Shown: piece by piece, positions 9,776-18,109 of the stretch
Numbering within the stretch: position 1 is the first letter of the stretch
How the letters are laid out: each line of letters opens with the position of its first letter
Source of the DNA: Gammaproteobacteria bacterium
GTDB taxonomy: Bacteria > Pseudomonadota > Gammaproteobacteria > Steroidobacterales > JACDCP01
Direction of reading: 5' to 3'
Length of the DNA stretch: 64,000 nt
Assembly: GCA_035524935.1 (NCBI GenBank)
Contig: DATLFD010000003.1
Span: 766-64,765 of the forward strand
Notes under the pieces: generated by a model
What the model was told of the DNA's origin: nothing
The model's database searches: none
Seen by the model: only the letters and a program-made list of their open reading frames with translations
Program-made: the position numbers and the translations under genes

Positions 9776-10528
9776 TTGAGTCAATTCAACACTGCGCTCG
9801 GGCGCCGCCTGCCGGGTTCTGGCCAATCCATACAGACGCCAGCGGGCCGTTTCCGGGACAAGCTCGATTGGATCGCCGGGTACGTGGGCGACAAGAGCGT
9901 CCTCTACATCGGCAGCGTCGACGCGAATCCGGAAAACTTCGACAAGCACAGGGCTGCCCAGGCGCTGCTCGAGGAGCGGGCGGGATCGCTGCTCGGGATA
10001 TACAGCACCGATGAGCAAGTGGCCGGAATTCGCGAAGCGGGGCACAAAGCCAGACGCGGGGAAGTCGAAGAACTGGATCTGGCGGCAAGCTTCGACGTCG
10101 TCGTCGCCGCGGACAATATCGAGCATCTTGCGAACTGCGGGCGTTTTCTGCACAGCATGGAGCGCCACCTTGCCCCGGACGGTGTGTTCCTGGTGTCGAC
10201 CCCCAATCCGACCAGCCTGGTGAGGATCCTCGAGCTGCTGGCCAGACGCAGAACCAAGGCCAACCTCGAGCACACCGGCTGGTATACCGGCCAGGTACTC
10301 GACCAGCTCGCAAGGCGCTTCGGGCTTTTCGTGGAGACGGAAGTATTCATCGACGAGATGCACAAATATCACCAGACAGGTCCCGGCAGCCGGCGCACGG
10401 GGACGGTCAACAAGCTGGCGAAGAGGCTGCTCGTGGGACTGAACCGGGTCGCCTGCACCGCTTTTCCCCAGTTGTCGGAGACTTTCGGATTCGTACTCAG
10501 AAAGAGCCCCGTGGCTCGCGGCACATGA
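9776..10528 (+). CDS. class-I methyltransferase-fold protein with a degenerate SAM-binding loop
   Basis: Frame of ORF 9677-10528. The start is uncertain (TTG 9776 avoids overlap with the GMC gene). Motif II/III-like FDVVVAADNIEHL and LAPDGVFLVSTPNP are present. Where VLDxGCGxG is expected, the sequence is VLYIGSVDANPENF. Confidence 0.5.
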   Translation: MSQFNTALGRRLPGSGQSIQTPAGRFRDKLDWIAGYVGDKSVLYIGSVDANPENFDKHRAAQALLEERAGSLLGIYSTDEQVAGIREAGHKARRGEVEELDLAASFDVVVAADNIEHLANCGRFLHSMERHLAPDGVFLVSTPNPTSLVRILELLARRRTKANLEHTGWYTGQVLDQLARRFGLFVETEVFIDEMHKYHQTGPGSRRTGTVNKLAKRLLVGLNRVACTAFPQLSETFGFVLRKSPVARGT

Positions 10529-10547
10529 CAGCCTTCGCAGTCAGCGA

Positions 10548-11648
10548 ATGACCTCGGCTTTCCCGCGCGGCGGCAATCGCGATCCGCGTTCGTTGGGCGC
10601 GATAGTCGTGAACTTCAACGGCGGCGAGAAAATCGTCGAATGCATCCAGGCGTTGCGCGGCCAGGCGGTCCCGCTGCGGGATATCGTGGTCGTGGACAAC
10701 GGCTCTACCGACGCGAGTGTCGCGTGGTTGCGGGCAGAGACGCCCGATGTCCGTATCGTCGAGCTCGGTGAAAACCGCGGGCTTGCGTTCGCGCGCAATG
10801 TCGGTTTGAAGACTCTCGGCACCGACCTCGCGCTCTCGGTGGACAGCGATGTGAATGTGGCGGACGATTGCCTCGAAAAGCTCGTGCGCGCGTTCGTCCG
10901 GCACAAGGTTGCGATTGCCTGCCCGAGGATCCTGCTCCTGCCCGAGGCGAGTTTCGTGCAATGTGACGGCGCCTCGCTGCATTTTCTCGGCACCCTTGCG
11001 CTGCGGCACGCCTGTCGCCCGGCGGATTCGCTGCCCGGCAACGGTGACTTCGTCGGCGGCTGCATCGGCGCCTGCATGCTGCTGGATAGACGCATCGCAC
11101 TCGAGGCCGGCGGCTTCAACGAGCAGTTCTTTTTCTATTTCGAAGATCTCGAGTTTTGCCTCCGGCTGCGCGCTCGCGGCCATCGGATCTACTGCGAGCC
11201 TGCCGCCGTCGTGTATCACGACCGCGGGCAGGGCACACCGGGGCTGTCCTGGCGAGGCGACGGCAGCTATCCGCCGCGCCGGGCCTACCTGTCCATGCGG
11301 CACCGATGGCTGGCGATTCTGATCCACTATCGTTTGCGCACGATCATGGTCCTGTTTCCCGCGCTTGTGTTGTACGAACTGGCCACGGTCGGGGCGTCGA
11401 TCACGCGCGGCTGGCTCCACGCCTGGGGGCAAGCCTGGTGGTGGCTGCTGCTGCACAGAAACGAGGTCTGCGCGCGGAGAAAAAGAGCCCAGGCTGCCCG
11501 CACGACCGGCGACCGGGAATTGCTCGAGGGCGGACCGATTCCTCTCGCAACCGGTTTCATCCGCTCGGCATTGCTCGCACGCTGCGTGGCAGCCTTTTCG
11601 GCGTTGCTGAATGCGTACTGGGTGGTCGCCCGGAAATTGGCCGGCTGA
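10548..11648 (+). CDS. family-2 glycosyltransferase
   Basis: AIVVNFNG...IVVVDNGSTDAS...ENRGLAFARNVG...SVDSDV are the GT2 (GT-A, DxD) layout. It sits 20 nt after the preceding gene. Confidence 0.8.
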   Translation: MTSAFPRGGNRDPRSLGAIVVNFNGGEKIVECIQALRGQAVPLRDIVVVDNGSTDASVAWLRAETPDVRIVELGENRGLAFARNVGLKTLGTDLALSVDSDVNVADDCLEKLVRAFVRHKVAIACPRILLLPEASFVQCDGASLHFLGTLALRHACRPADSLPGNGDFVGGCIGACMLLDRRIALEAGGFNEQFFFYFEDLEFCLRLRARGHRIYCEPAAVVYHDRGQGTPGLSWRGDGSYPPRRAYLSMRHRWLAILIHYRLRTIMVLFPALVLYELATVGASITRGWLHAWGQAWWWLLLHRNEVCARRKRAQAARTTGDRELLEGGPIPLATGFIRSALLARCVAAFSALLNAYWVVARKLAG

Positions 11649-11657
11649 GACACGCTC

Positions 11658-12680
11658 ATGCGGCTCGAGCCTATCGGGGACCTTTCGGGGGATGCCTGGA
11701 ACGAGGCGATAGCCCCCTACGACTCGGCGATGTTCTATCACCACTCTGCCTGGCTGTCGTTCCTGGAGGAGCGCGGTCGCGGAAAGGCCGTCCGATTCAG
11801 GATCCTCGACGGCGCCGAGCCGCGGGGCTATTTCGTGGCGTTCCTCCTCAGGAAGGGACCGTTCCGCATACTCGGCAGCCCGCTCTCGGCCTCGATGAGC
11901 GAGTATATGGGCCCGATCGTCGACGCGGATTTCGAAGTCGAGCAGTTCCTGGTGTCGCTCGACGCCCTCTGCGAATCGCTGCGCATCCACCATGTCGAGC
12001 TCGGCAGCCCGCTGCTCGAGCCCGGCGTCATGCGCCGCCACCACTACGAGACGCAAGAGTGGATGACCTACCGGATTCCCCTGTCCCGCGACCAGGACGC
12101 GATGTGGAAGGGCCTCAAGAGACAGTCGCGAAATCGTATCCGCCGCGGCCTCAAGAACGGTCTGGTCGTCGAAGATACCCGCGATCCGTCGTTTGTCGAC
12201 ACGCATTACAGCCAGGTCGTCGAAGTGTTCGGGCGCCAGGGGCTCGCGCCTCCCTTTGTCATCGAGGATTTCCGTGCGCTTTACAAATGGCTCAAACCGC
12301 AGGACCTGGTCTTTTCGCTCGAGGTGAAGCGGCAGGGAACCGGCGATGTCATCGCGAGCGGCATTTTCCCGCACGACAGCCGGCACGTTTACTCGTTGAG
12401 CACCGCATCGAGAACCGACAGCCGCAGCCTGTACCCGAACGAGCTGCTGCACTGGACGGTCATGCGGCTGGCCGGACAGCGGGGCCTGGAGCGGTACAGT
12501 ATCGGCGACAGCCATCGAGCGCCGGACAGCGGCGGGAAATTCAAGGACAAGTTCCGCGGCGACTATGTGCCCGTGCATCGTTTCAGGCGCAATTACTCGC
12601 TACTGGCCAAGTACTCCCGGCAGGTCTATGCCGCCGTCACGCGCGCGAAGCAGCGATTCGCGTGGCGCGGGTCACGCTGA
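11658..12680 (+). CDS. FemAB-like / GNAT-fold acyl(aminoacyl)transferase
   Basis: 340 aa, 10 nt after the GT2 gene. The pattern FYHHSAWLSFLEE...KRQSRNRIRRGLKNGL...LHWTVMRLA resembles FemAB-related (EPS-locus associated) acetyltransferase-fold proteins. Confidence 0.6.
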   Translation: MRLEPIGDLSGDAWNEAIAPYDSAMFYHHSAWLSFLEERGRGKAVRFRILDGAEPRGYFVAFLLRKGPFRILGSPLSASMSEYMGPIVDADFEVEQFLVSLDALCESLRIHHVELGSPLLEPGVMRRHHYETQEWMTYRIPLSRDQDAMWKGLKRQSRNRIRRGLKNGLVVEDTRDPSFVDTHYSQVVEVFGRQGLAPPFVIEDFRALYKWLKPQDLVFSLEVKRQGTGDVIASGIFPHDSRHVYSLSTASRTDSRSLYPNELLHWTVMRLAGQRGLERYSIGDSHRAPDSGGKFKDKFRGDYVPVHRFRRNYSLLAKYSRQVYAAVTRAKQRFAWRGSR

Positions 12681-12750
12681 GCGACGCGAAGGTGCTCCGC
12701 GAGCAGTCCAATCGGGAAGGCGGAGGAATCGCGCGCGACCGGGGACGCGA

Positions 12751-13998
12751 TCATCGCCACCGCAGGCGCAGGTCATCCTCCTCGCCCGGCTCCACGCGGC
12801 AACCGAACGGCCGGGATTCCCGGTCCAGGGTGTCGCGCAGCCAGTTCGTGTCACTACGCGCCGGCCGGGTCAGACGAAATCGCCTGATCTGTTGTGGAGC
12901 CATGTCGAGCCCGATGAGCCGGCCCGTCGCGACGTCCAGGCGCGGGAAATACAGCAGCCCGAGATCTCCGCGGAAGCGTTGCTGGCCGGCAATGCCTTCG
13001 TAATCGTTCAGCAGATCGCCACAGCCGTACAGCACAGGCCGTTCCCGGTAGACCTCGATCGCGAGCGGATGATGGGAGGAGTGGCCATGGACGACGTCGA
13101 CCCCCGCGTCGATGAGGCCGTGCGCGAACCGGCGATGCCCCGCCGGCACCTCGTATCCCCAGTTGCCGCCCCAGTGGAGAGAGACTAAGACGAGGTCGCG
13201 AGCCTGCCGATGTCGCTCGATGAGTTCCGCGATCCGTCGCACGGCGCGGCCGTCCGGCTCCTCGATCAGATTCACGCCGCCGCGCGCTGCCGTCGCAGCC
13301 CATTGGCGCGGGATGCCGCTCGACATTACACCGTAAGCGAACACCAGCAGGCGCACTCCGCCGCGCAGGCCGATCATCGCCGGCTGCTCGGCTTCCGCGA
13401 GATTGCGGCCGGCGCCGGCCGTGCGCAGCGCGGACTGCTCGAGACTGCGCAAGGTCTCGTCGAGCCCGCCGTATCCCCAGTCGAGCACGTGGTTGTTCGA
13501 AAGCACGCAGCAATCGATCTGTGCCGCCACGAGGCACGAGACGTTGTCGGGGTGCATGCGGTAATGAATGCTCTTGCCGCGCCAGTAATCATCGCTGGTC
13601 GTCACGCTCGTCTCGAGGTTGACGATGCGAGCGTCGGGCTGCGCGCGGCCCAGATCCTCGAGCGCGCTGCCCCAGATGTAGGCAGCGTCGACAGGCCTTG
13701 CAATGGGCCCGTTGCGCTGCTCGGCGAGCCGCAGATAGCCGAGCGCGCTGCTCATGCCCGGCTCGTGAATGGCCGGATCTGCGGGGTGAGGCAGGATCTG
13801 GTCGATGCCGCGACCGGTCATCACGTCGCCACAGACGAAGAGCGTCGCGGTACCGCCGGGATTGGCGGATTCGTTCATGGGCCAGCCGGCCTCGGCGGGA
13901 CGACCGAACGCCGCTGTGATCCTTGAACCCGAAGCGGCCAGGAGAGACTGAGCGGCACCGATCAAAAACCGGCGGCGATCCACGGCGGCACGGGACAC
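12751..13998 (-). CDS. CapA-family metallophosphatase-like protein with a Tat-type signal
   Basis: Signal RRRFLIGAAQSLLAASG, then FVCGDVMTGRG...NLETSVT...LSNNHVLDWGYGGL...VSLHWGGNWG (PGA_cap/CapA blocks). Starts 4 nt after the yidC stop. Confidence 0.8.
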   Translation of the reverse strand: MSRAAVDRRRFLIGAAQSLLAASGSRITAAFGRPAEAGWPMNESANPGGTATLFVCGDVMTGRGIDQILPHPADPAIHEPGMSSALGYLRLAEQRNGPIARPVDAAYIWGSALEDLGRAQPDARIVNLETSVTTSDDYWRGKSIHYRMHPDNVSCLVAAQIDCCVLSNNHVLDWGYGGLDETLRSLEQSALRTAGAGRNLAEAEQPAMIGLRGGVRLLVFAYGVMSSGIPRQWAATAARGGVNLIEEPDGRAVRRIAELIERHRQARDLVLVSLHWGGNWGYEVPAGHRRFAHGLIDAGVDVVHGHSSHHPLAIEVYRERPVLYGCGDLLNDYEGIAGQQRFRGDLGLLYFPRLDVATGRLIGLDMAPQQIRRFRLTRPARSDTNWLRDTLDRESRPFGCRVEPGEEDDLRLRWR

Positions 13999-14002
13999 GG
14001 CA

Positions 14003-15691
14003 CTATGAGCCCTTCTTCGCCGCGTGCACCTGCCGGTTGATATGCCACTGCTGCGCGAACGACAGCAATGTATTGGTCAGCCAGTAGAGGACGAGCCCGG
14101 CCGGGAAGAACGCCATGAACACACTGAACACGACCGGCAGGAACTGCATGACCTTGGCCTGCACGGGGTCGCCGGGCGGCGCGGCGCTGATCTTCTGCTG
14201 GAAGAACATGGCGACGCCCATCAGCAGCGGCAGGATGAAATACGGGTCGCGCGCCGACAGGTCGTCGATCCAGAGCATGAACGGCGCCTGGCGCATCTCC
14301 ACGCTCTCGAGCAGCACCCAGTAGAACGCGAGAAAGAACGGGATCTGCACGAGCATCGGCAGGCAGCCGGCGACCGGGTTCACCTTCTCGCGCTTATACA
14401 GTTCCATCATCGCCCGGCTCAGCGCCTGGCGGTCGTCCTTGTAGCGCTCCTGCAGATTTTTCATGCGCGGCTGCAGCTCGCGCATGCGCGCCATGGACAG
14501 GCCGCTGGTCTTGGTGAGCTTGTAAAACAGCAGCTTGATGAGCACGGTGACGATGATGATCGACCAGCCCCAGTTGCCGACCACGCCGTGCACCTTGCTG
14601 AGCAGCCAGAACAGCGGCTGGGCAATGAGCGTGAGAAAGCCGTAGTCGACGGTCAGCTCCAGCTCCGGCGCGGTCGCCGCGAGCTGGCGCTGCAGCTTCG
14701 GGCCGACGAAAAGCCGCTCCGCATAATCTCGCGTGCCGCCGGCCGGCACCGCTTGCAGGGCGCCGATGGCGCTCGCGGTCACCAGGTCTTCGCGGCGGCT
14801 GGCCCGGTAGCTGAAGGGCTCGTCGGGCGGCGGTACAGCCGCAGCCAGAAAGTGGTGCTGGATGGAGGCGATCCAACCGCCGGTGGCGTTGAGCTCGACC
14901 GGCTCGTCGGCCAGGTCGTCGCCGTCGAGCTTCCGGTACTTGTTGCCGTCATAGATGACCGGGCCGATGAAGGAATAGGTGTCGACGTCGAACATCGAGC
15001 GGTCGGGGTGCAGATTGCGGCGCACGATCTGCACGTAGCTCGCGCCCTGCCATGGCTCAGGCCTGGCGTTCTCGATGTGGTAACCGAGGTCGATGGCGTG
15101 GCTGCCACGCCGGAACGTATAGGTCTTGCGCACGGTGAGGCCGCCCTCGGCCCACAGCAAGGGCACGACGAGCTCCTCATCACCTTCGTTCAGCCGATAC
15201 ACGTCGCGCTCGCTCTCGTATTCGGCAAGATGGTTCGGCTCCGGAGCGCCGCCGCCGGCACGCCAGCCGGTGCGGAACACGAAATACGTGGCGGGCTCGT
15301 CATCGAGCAAGGTCACCGGCTGGTCGGGCTGGTCCTTGTGGACGGGGTAGCCGGGCAGACGTGCCTCGACCAGGTCGCCGCCGGAGAGTGAAATGACGGC
15401 GTCGAGCACATCGGTCACGACCCGTACGCGCGACGTAGGGGACGGCTGCGCGGGCAGCGTGGGCGCCTGCGTTTCCCCGGCGCCCGCCGGCGCGGGCCCT
15501 GCAGGCAGCTGCGGCAACTCAGACGGCAGCGCCTCGGCCGCAGGCTCGTCCGGCAGGCCGTCGCCGGCCTGCGACTCCGCAGGGGGTGGCTCCGCCGTAT
15601 GCGGACGCCGGTAGTCGGTCACCCACGCCTGGTAAATGAGGAAGCAGACGAAGCCGAACGCCAGCCAGAGAAAGATGCGCGGGTTATCCAT
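14003..15691 (-). CDS. yidC: membrane protein insertase YidC
   Basis: 562 aa with N-terminus MDNPRIFLWLAFGFVCFLIYQAW and a C-terminal 60-kDa insertase core GWSIIIVTVLIKLLFYKLT...GCLPMLVQIPFFLAFYWVL. Confidence 0.95.
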   Translation of the reverse strand: MDNPRIFLWLAFGFVCFLIYQAWVTDYRRPHTAEPPPAESQAGDGLPDEPAAEALPSELPQLPAGPAPAGAGETQAPTLPAQPSPTSRVRVVTDVLDAVISLSGGDLVEARLPGYPVHKDQPDQPVTLLDDEPATYFVFRTGWRAGGGAPEPNHLAEYESERDVYRLNEGDEELVVPLLWAEGGLTVRKTYTFRRGSHAIDLGYHIENARPEPWQGASYVQIVRRNLHPDRSMFDVDTYSFIGPVIYDGNKYRKLDGDDLADEPVELNATGGWIASIQHHFLAAAVPPPDEPFSYRASRREDLVTASAIGALQAVPAGGTRDYAERLFVGPKLQRQLAATAPELELTVDYGFLTLIAQPLFWLLSKVHGVVGNWGWSIIIVTVLIKLLFYKLTKTSGLSMARMRELQPRMKNLQERYKDDRQALSRAMMELYKREKVNPVAGCLPMLVQIPFFLAFYWVLLESVEMRQAPFMLWIDDLSARDPYFILPLLMGVAMFFQQKISAAPPGDPVQAKVMQFLPVVFSVFMAFFPAGLVLYWLTNTLLSFAQQWHINRQVHAAKKGS

Positions 15692-15700
15692 GCTCCGCCC

Positions 15701-15940
15701 TCAGCGCGGCAGCCGGGCCGGCGGCACGGGATCGAAGCCGCCCTCGCGCCACGGGTGACAGCGGCCGATCCGACGCAGTGCGAGCCAGCCGCCGCGCCAC
15801 ACGCCGAAGCGCTCCACGGCGGTCTCGGCATAGCGCGAGCAGGTCGGCTCATATCGGCAGGCGGGCCCGAGCAGCGGACTGACGAGCCAGCGGTAACCGC
15901 GTATGAGGACGCTCACCACGTTGCGGCCCGTCAACTGCAT
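15701..15940 (-). CDS. yidD: membrane protein insertion efficiency factor YidD
   Basis: [31 protein letters not shown]...RIGRCHPW is the YidD signature. Confidence 0.9.
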   Translation of the reverse strand: MQLTGRNVVSVLIRGYRWLVSPLLGPACRYEPTCSRYAETAVERFGVWRGGWLALRRIGRCHPWREGGFDPVPPARLPR

Positions 15941-16332
15941 TGCTCGATGATCCTTCGCCAGTGCCGCTCGAGGCTCGCCATCAGTTCGCGATTTCCCGAG
16001 CCGGTCGCGTTCGGCTTCGCCATCACGATGCAGTCCACTGTGGGCAATTCGTGCTGTCGGCGGCGGAACGATTCGCGAATCAGCCGCTTGAGCCGGTTAC
16101 GCTGCGCGGCGGTGCCCGCCGCCTTGCGCGCGATGGCAAGGCCGAGACGCGCGTAATCGAGATCGTTCTTCCGCGCGAGCACCGTCAGCATGCCATCCGC
16201 GGAGCGCGTCGCCGACTCGAACACGCGCGCAAACTCTCGCGGCCGCGTCAGGCGTTGTCGTCTCGAGAAGGCTGAGCTGTTCGTCGCGGCTCCGGCCGGC
16301 CAGCCGGCGCCCTCAACGCGGCTTAAGGGCAG
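15931..16332 (-). CDS. rnpA: ribonuclease P protein component (start codon uncertain)
   Basis: [18 protein letters not shown]...[30 protein letters not shown] is the RnpA RNR motif. The 5' part of ORF 15931-16488 is read-through across rpmH. The only plausible in-frame initiator before the conserved block is CTG 16330-16332. Confidence 0.75.
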   Translation of the reverse strand: MPLSRVEGAGWPAGAATNSSAFSRRQRLTRPREFARVFESATRSADGMLTVLARKNDLDYARLGLAIARKAAGTAAQRNRLKRLIRESFRRRQHELPTVDCIVMAKPNATGSGNRELMASLERHWRRIIEQCS

Positions 16333-16457
16333 AGCCGCGCACGGCCTTTCGCACGCCGCTGACTCAGCACCTTGCGCCCGTTCTTGGTGGCCATGCGCGC
16401 ACGGAAACCATGCGTGCGCTTGCGATGAAGATTGCTGGGTTGGAAGGTGCGTTTCAT
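16323..16457 (-). CDS. rpmH: 50S ribosomal protein L34
   Basis: Hand translation from ATG 16457 gives [44 protein letters not shown]. At 44 aa it is too short for the ORF track. Confidence 0.95.
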   Translation of the reverse strand: MKRTFQPSNLHRKRTHGFRARMATKNGRKVLSQRRAKGRARLCP

Positions 16458-16487
16458 GACTGCGAACGCCCGCGGCCAAAACAGGCA

Positions 16488-16516
16488 ACCTTACGCAGCG
16501 CCCTTTCGCGTGTCAA
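16488..16516 (-). promoter_or_regulatory. putative sigma-70 promoter of rpmH
   Basis: The minus strand reads TTGACA (16516-16511), 17 nt, then TAAGGT (16493-16488), about 30 nt upstream of the rpmH ATG. Confidence 0.35.
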
Positions 16517-16524
16517 TAGAACGC

Positions 16525-16532
16525 CCCCTGCG
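16525..16532. repeat. left copy of the 8-bp target-site duplication CCCCTGCG
   Basis: Identical to 19707-19714 and abuts the left terminal inverted repeat. Confidence 0.6.
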
Positions 16533-16553
16533 GGTAGTGGGTTAGTTTGAAAC
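16533..16553. repeat. left terminal inverted repeat GGTAGTGGGTTAGTTTGAAAC
   Basis: Matches the reverse complement of 19686-19706 at 18 of 21 positions. It begins GGTAGTG, like IS1 ends (GGTAATG/GGTGATG). Confidence 0.65.
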
Positions 16554-16600
16554 TCGCTCGCCTTGACGATTCGGGCTTCATCTGTCAGGCTTTTTTCACC

Positions 16601-16864
16601 ATGCCTGACCGTTCAAGCAAGCGCAAGAAACGACCCCGCGACGTGAACGCGCTGGCTGCGTCCGTAGTAGCCGAAGCTGTAGGCGATGCACCAGCCGAGC
16701 CGGAGCGGCCGGACGATGGCAAAGACCCCGCTGCGGTCGCTCTGGGGCGCAAGGGCGGTCTCAAGGGCGGTAAGGCTCGGGCAACTAAGCTAAGCGCTCA
16801 GAAAAGAAAAGAGATTGCCAGAAAAGCGGCTAAAGCAAGGTGGCGCAGCCACCAGAGTGATTAG
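16601..16864 (+). CDS. small basic protein with a KGG-type motif
   Basis: MPDRSSKRKKRPRD...ALGRKGGLKGGKARATKLSAQKRKEIARKAAKARW. The frame is open from TTG 16547, which lies inside the left TIR. No clear SD precedes ATG 16601. Confidence 0.45.
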   Translation: MPDRSSKRKKRPRDVNALAASVVAEAVGDAPAEPERPDDGKDPAAVALGRKGGLKGGKARATKLSAQKRKEIARKAAKARWRSHQSD

Positions 16865-17178
16865 CCAGTTGGCAATGGACCATACTCTTTCTCGTAATGC
16901 TCAATCTGCTTTTGCAAAATTCTTACAAGAGATTTCGCGTGCGCCGGAGAAGTAGAAACAACTACCTGCGGATCAATAAAAACTTTATTGCCCTCGGTAT
17001 CAACAGCTTGGCCTAAGGTCATTCTAACGTCGAACATGGTAGTTCGAACGCTAGCATTGTTTATGTAGAAAGAAGGTATGTCTTTGAGATCCCGTATGAA
17101 AACGGGCTCTATTACCTTCACGGTCTCTTTCGCAACTACAGGCTCGTTTTGCGTAGATTCTTCGGGTTTCTTAGGCAT
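16861..17178 (-). CDS. DUF3467-family protein
   Basis: 105 aa. FYINNASVRTTMFDVRMTLGQ...VVVSTSPAHAKSLVRILQKQIEHYEKEYGPL follows the DUF3467 pattern (Y.N......EF.LDF ... PEHAKRL...L...I..YE..FG). Its ATG is embedded in the stop region of the upstream XRE gene (8-nt overlap). Confidence 0.6.
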   Translation of the reverse strand: MPKKPEESTQNEPVVAKETVKVIEPVFIRDLKDIPSFYINNASVRTTMFDVRMTLGQAVDTEGNKVFIDPQVVVSTSPAHAKSLVRILQKQIEHYEKEYGPLPTG

Positions 17179-17734
17179 TTTGTGCTTCGCTTAGGATATC
17201 TGCAGGAGTGCTGTCCAATGTGAAGGGTTGCTGAGTTGCGATTCCAACATCGGCCCTAGGTATCGAGGGGGTATAGTCAGTTAATCCTCTGAAGTTATAA
17301 GTATTTGCCTTAAAGATGGGAACCACATTACTTTCCGCACTTTCGCCGGCCGGTCTCAAGCCTAGGTCGCTACCGAAATCCGGTACTTCAAGTTCTCTGG
17401 TTGAGAAACAAGCAGCCCTATCCGCTAACAAACTGAACGGAACGAAAGCCACGAGCAAGCCCACGTCAAACGCTGAAGCCAATTCCCGCAGCGTCTTTAG
17501 AGTGAAACTTCCATAACCTGGGCTCTCAAGGCGAGAGATTTGCGGTTGCGGCTTGTTGCACAATTCCGCTAAGTGTTCTTGTGTCCACCCTCGCAAATCT
17601 CGCATTCCCTTAATCTGAAAGGGAATGCCAATGTTGATAGCGTTCTCAACAAAAGCGTCGCGATATTCTTTGCTCTCAAGACTATCGACGATTTGTTCGC
17701 GTCGAGAAATTATGTCTTTCCGTTCTACCTTCAT
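17171..17734 (-). CDS. XRE-family helix-turn-helix regulator (putative antitoxin)
   Basis: KEYRDAFVENAINIGIPFQIKGMRDLRGWTQEHLAELCNKPQPQISRLESPG is a typical HigA/XRE N-terminus. It has a C-terminal extension of about 90 aa. Confidence 0.8.
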   Translation of the reverse strand: MKVERKDIISRREQIVDSLESKEYRDAFVENAINIGIPFQIKGMRDLRGWTQEHLAELCNKPQPQISRLESPGYGSFTLKTLRELASAFDVGLLVAFVPFSLLADRAACFSTRELEVPDFGSDLGLRPAGESAESNVVPIFKANTYNFRGLTDYTPSIPRADVGIATQQPFTLDSTPADILSEAQNA

Positions 17735-18107
17735 TGCTATCTAACCTTTCGCGTCTGTGTTTTGCTTTCGTGCAAACTCCTTCAGGTACAAACCTTTTGT
17801 TCTGCTCCTCTGCTCCAGCAAGAATAGTTATCTGGCCACGATTGGGACCGTAATATGCGATGGGGCGAAATTGCTGTCCACCGTAGGGCACTATCAATTC
17901 GATAAGGTCGGCGCAGTCTTTGCCTTTCTGTTTTTTAAGCTTGCCGACATAGGGACGCCGTAAAGGTTCACGCGACGCCTCTATGTTGATGATGGCTGTA
18001 TCGACCGCATTTCGTGCCGCATCTGATAAGCCGTGCAACCACGCTGACACCACATTAGTCCCACGGTGATCAACGTAGTCGAGCACTTCCCAAGTTCGTT
18101 CTAGCAC
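17682..18107 (-). CDS. Gp49/HigB-like RelE-ParE-superfamily toxin (addiction-module killer protein)
   Basis: GTG start. WEVLDYVDHRGTNVVSAWLHGL...VGKLKKQKGKDCADLIELIV...FRPIAYYGPNRGQITILAGAEEQ follows the Gp49 pattern. It lies upstream of the XRE gene and overlaps it by 53 nt. Confidence 0.7.
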   Translation of the reverse strand: MLERTWEVLDYVDHRGTNVVSAWLHGLSDAARNAVDTAIINIEASREPLRRPYVGKLKKQKGKDCADLIELIVPYGGQQFRPIAYYGPNRGQITILAGAEEQNKRFVPEGVCTKAKHRRERLDSNEGRTERHNFSTRTNRR

Positions 18108-18109
18108 GA

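Noticed and set aside
15931-16488. 185-aa ORF suggesting an RnpA with a 55-aa leader completely overlapping rpmH
   Set aside because: The leader is simply the alternative frame of the highly conserved rpmH gene. Only the C-terminal 115-135 aa or so resemble RnpA.
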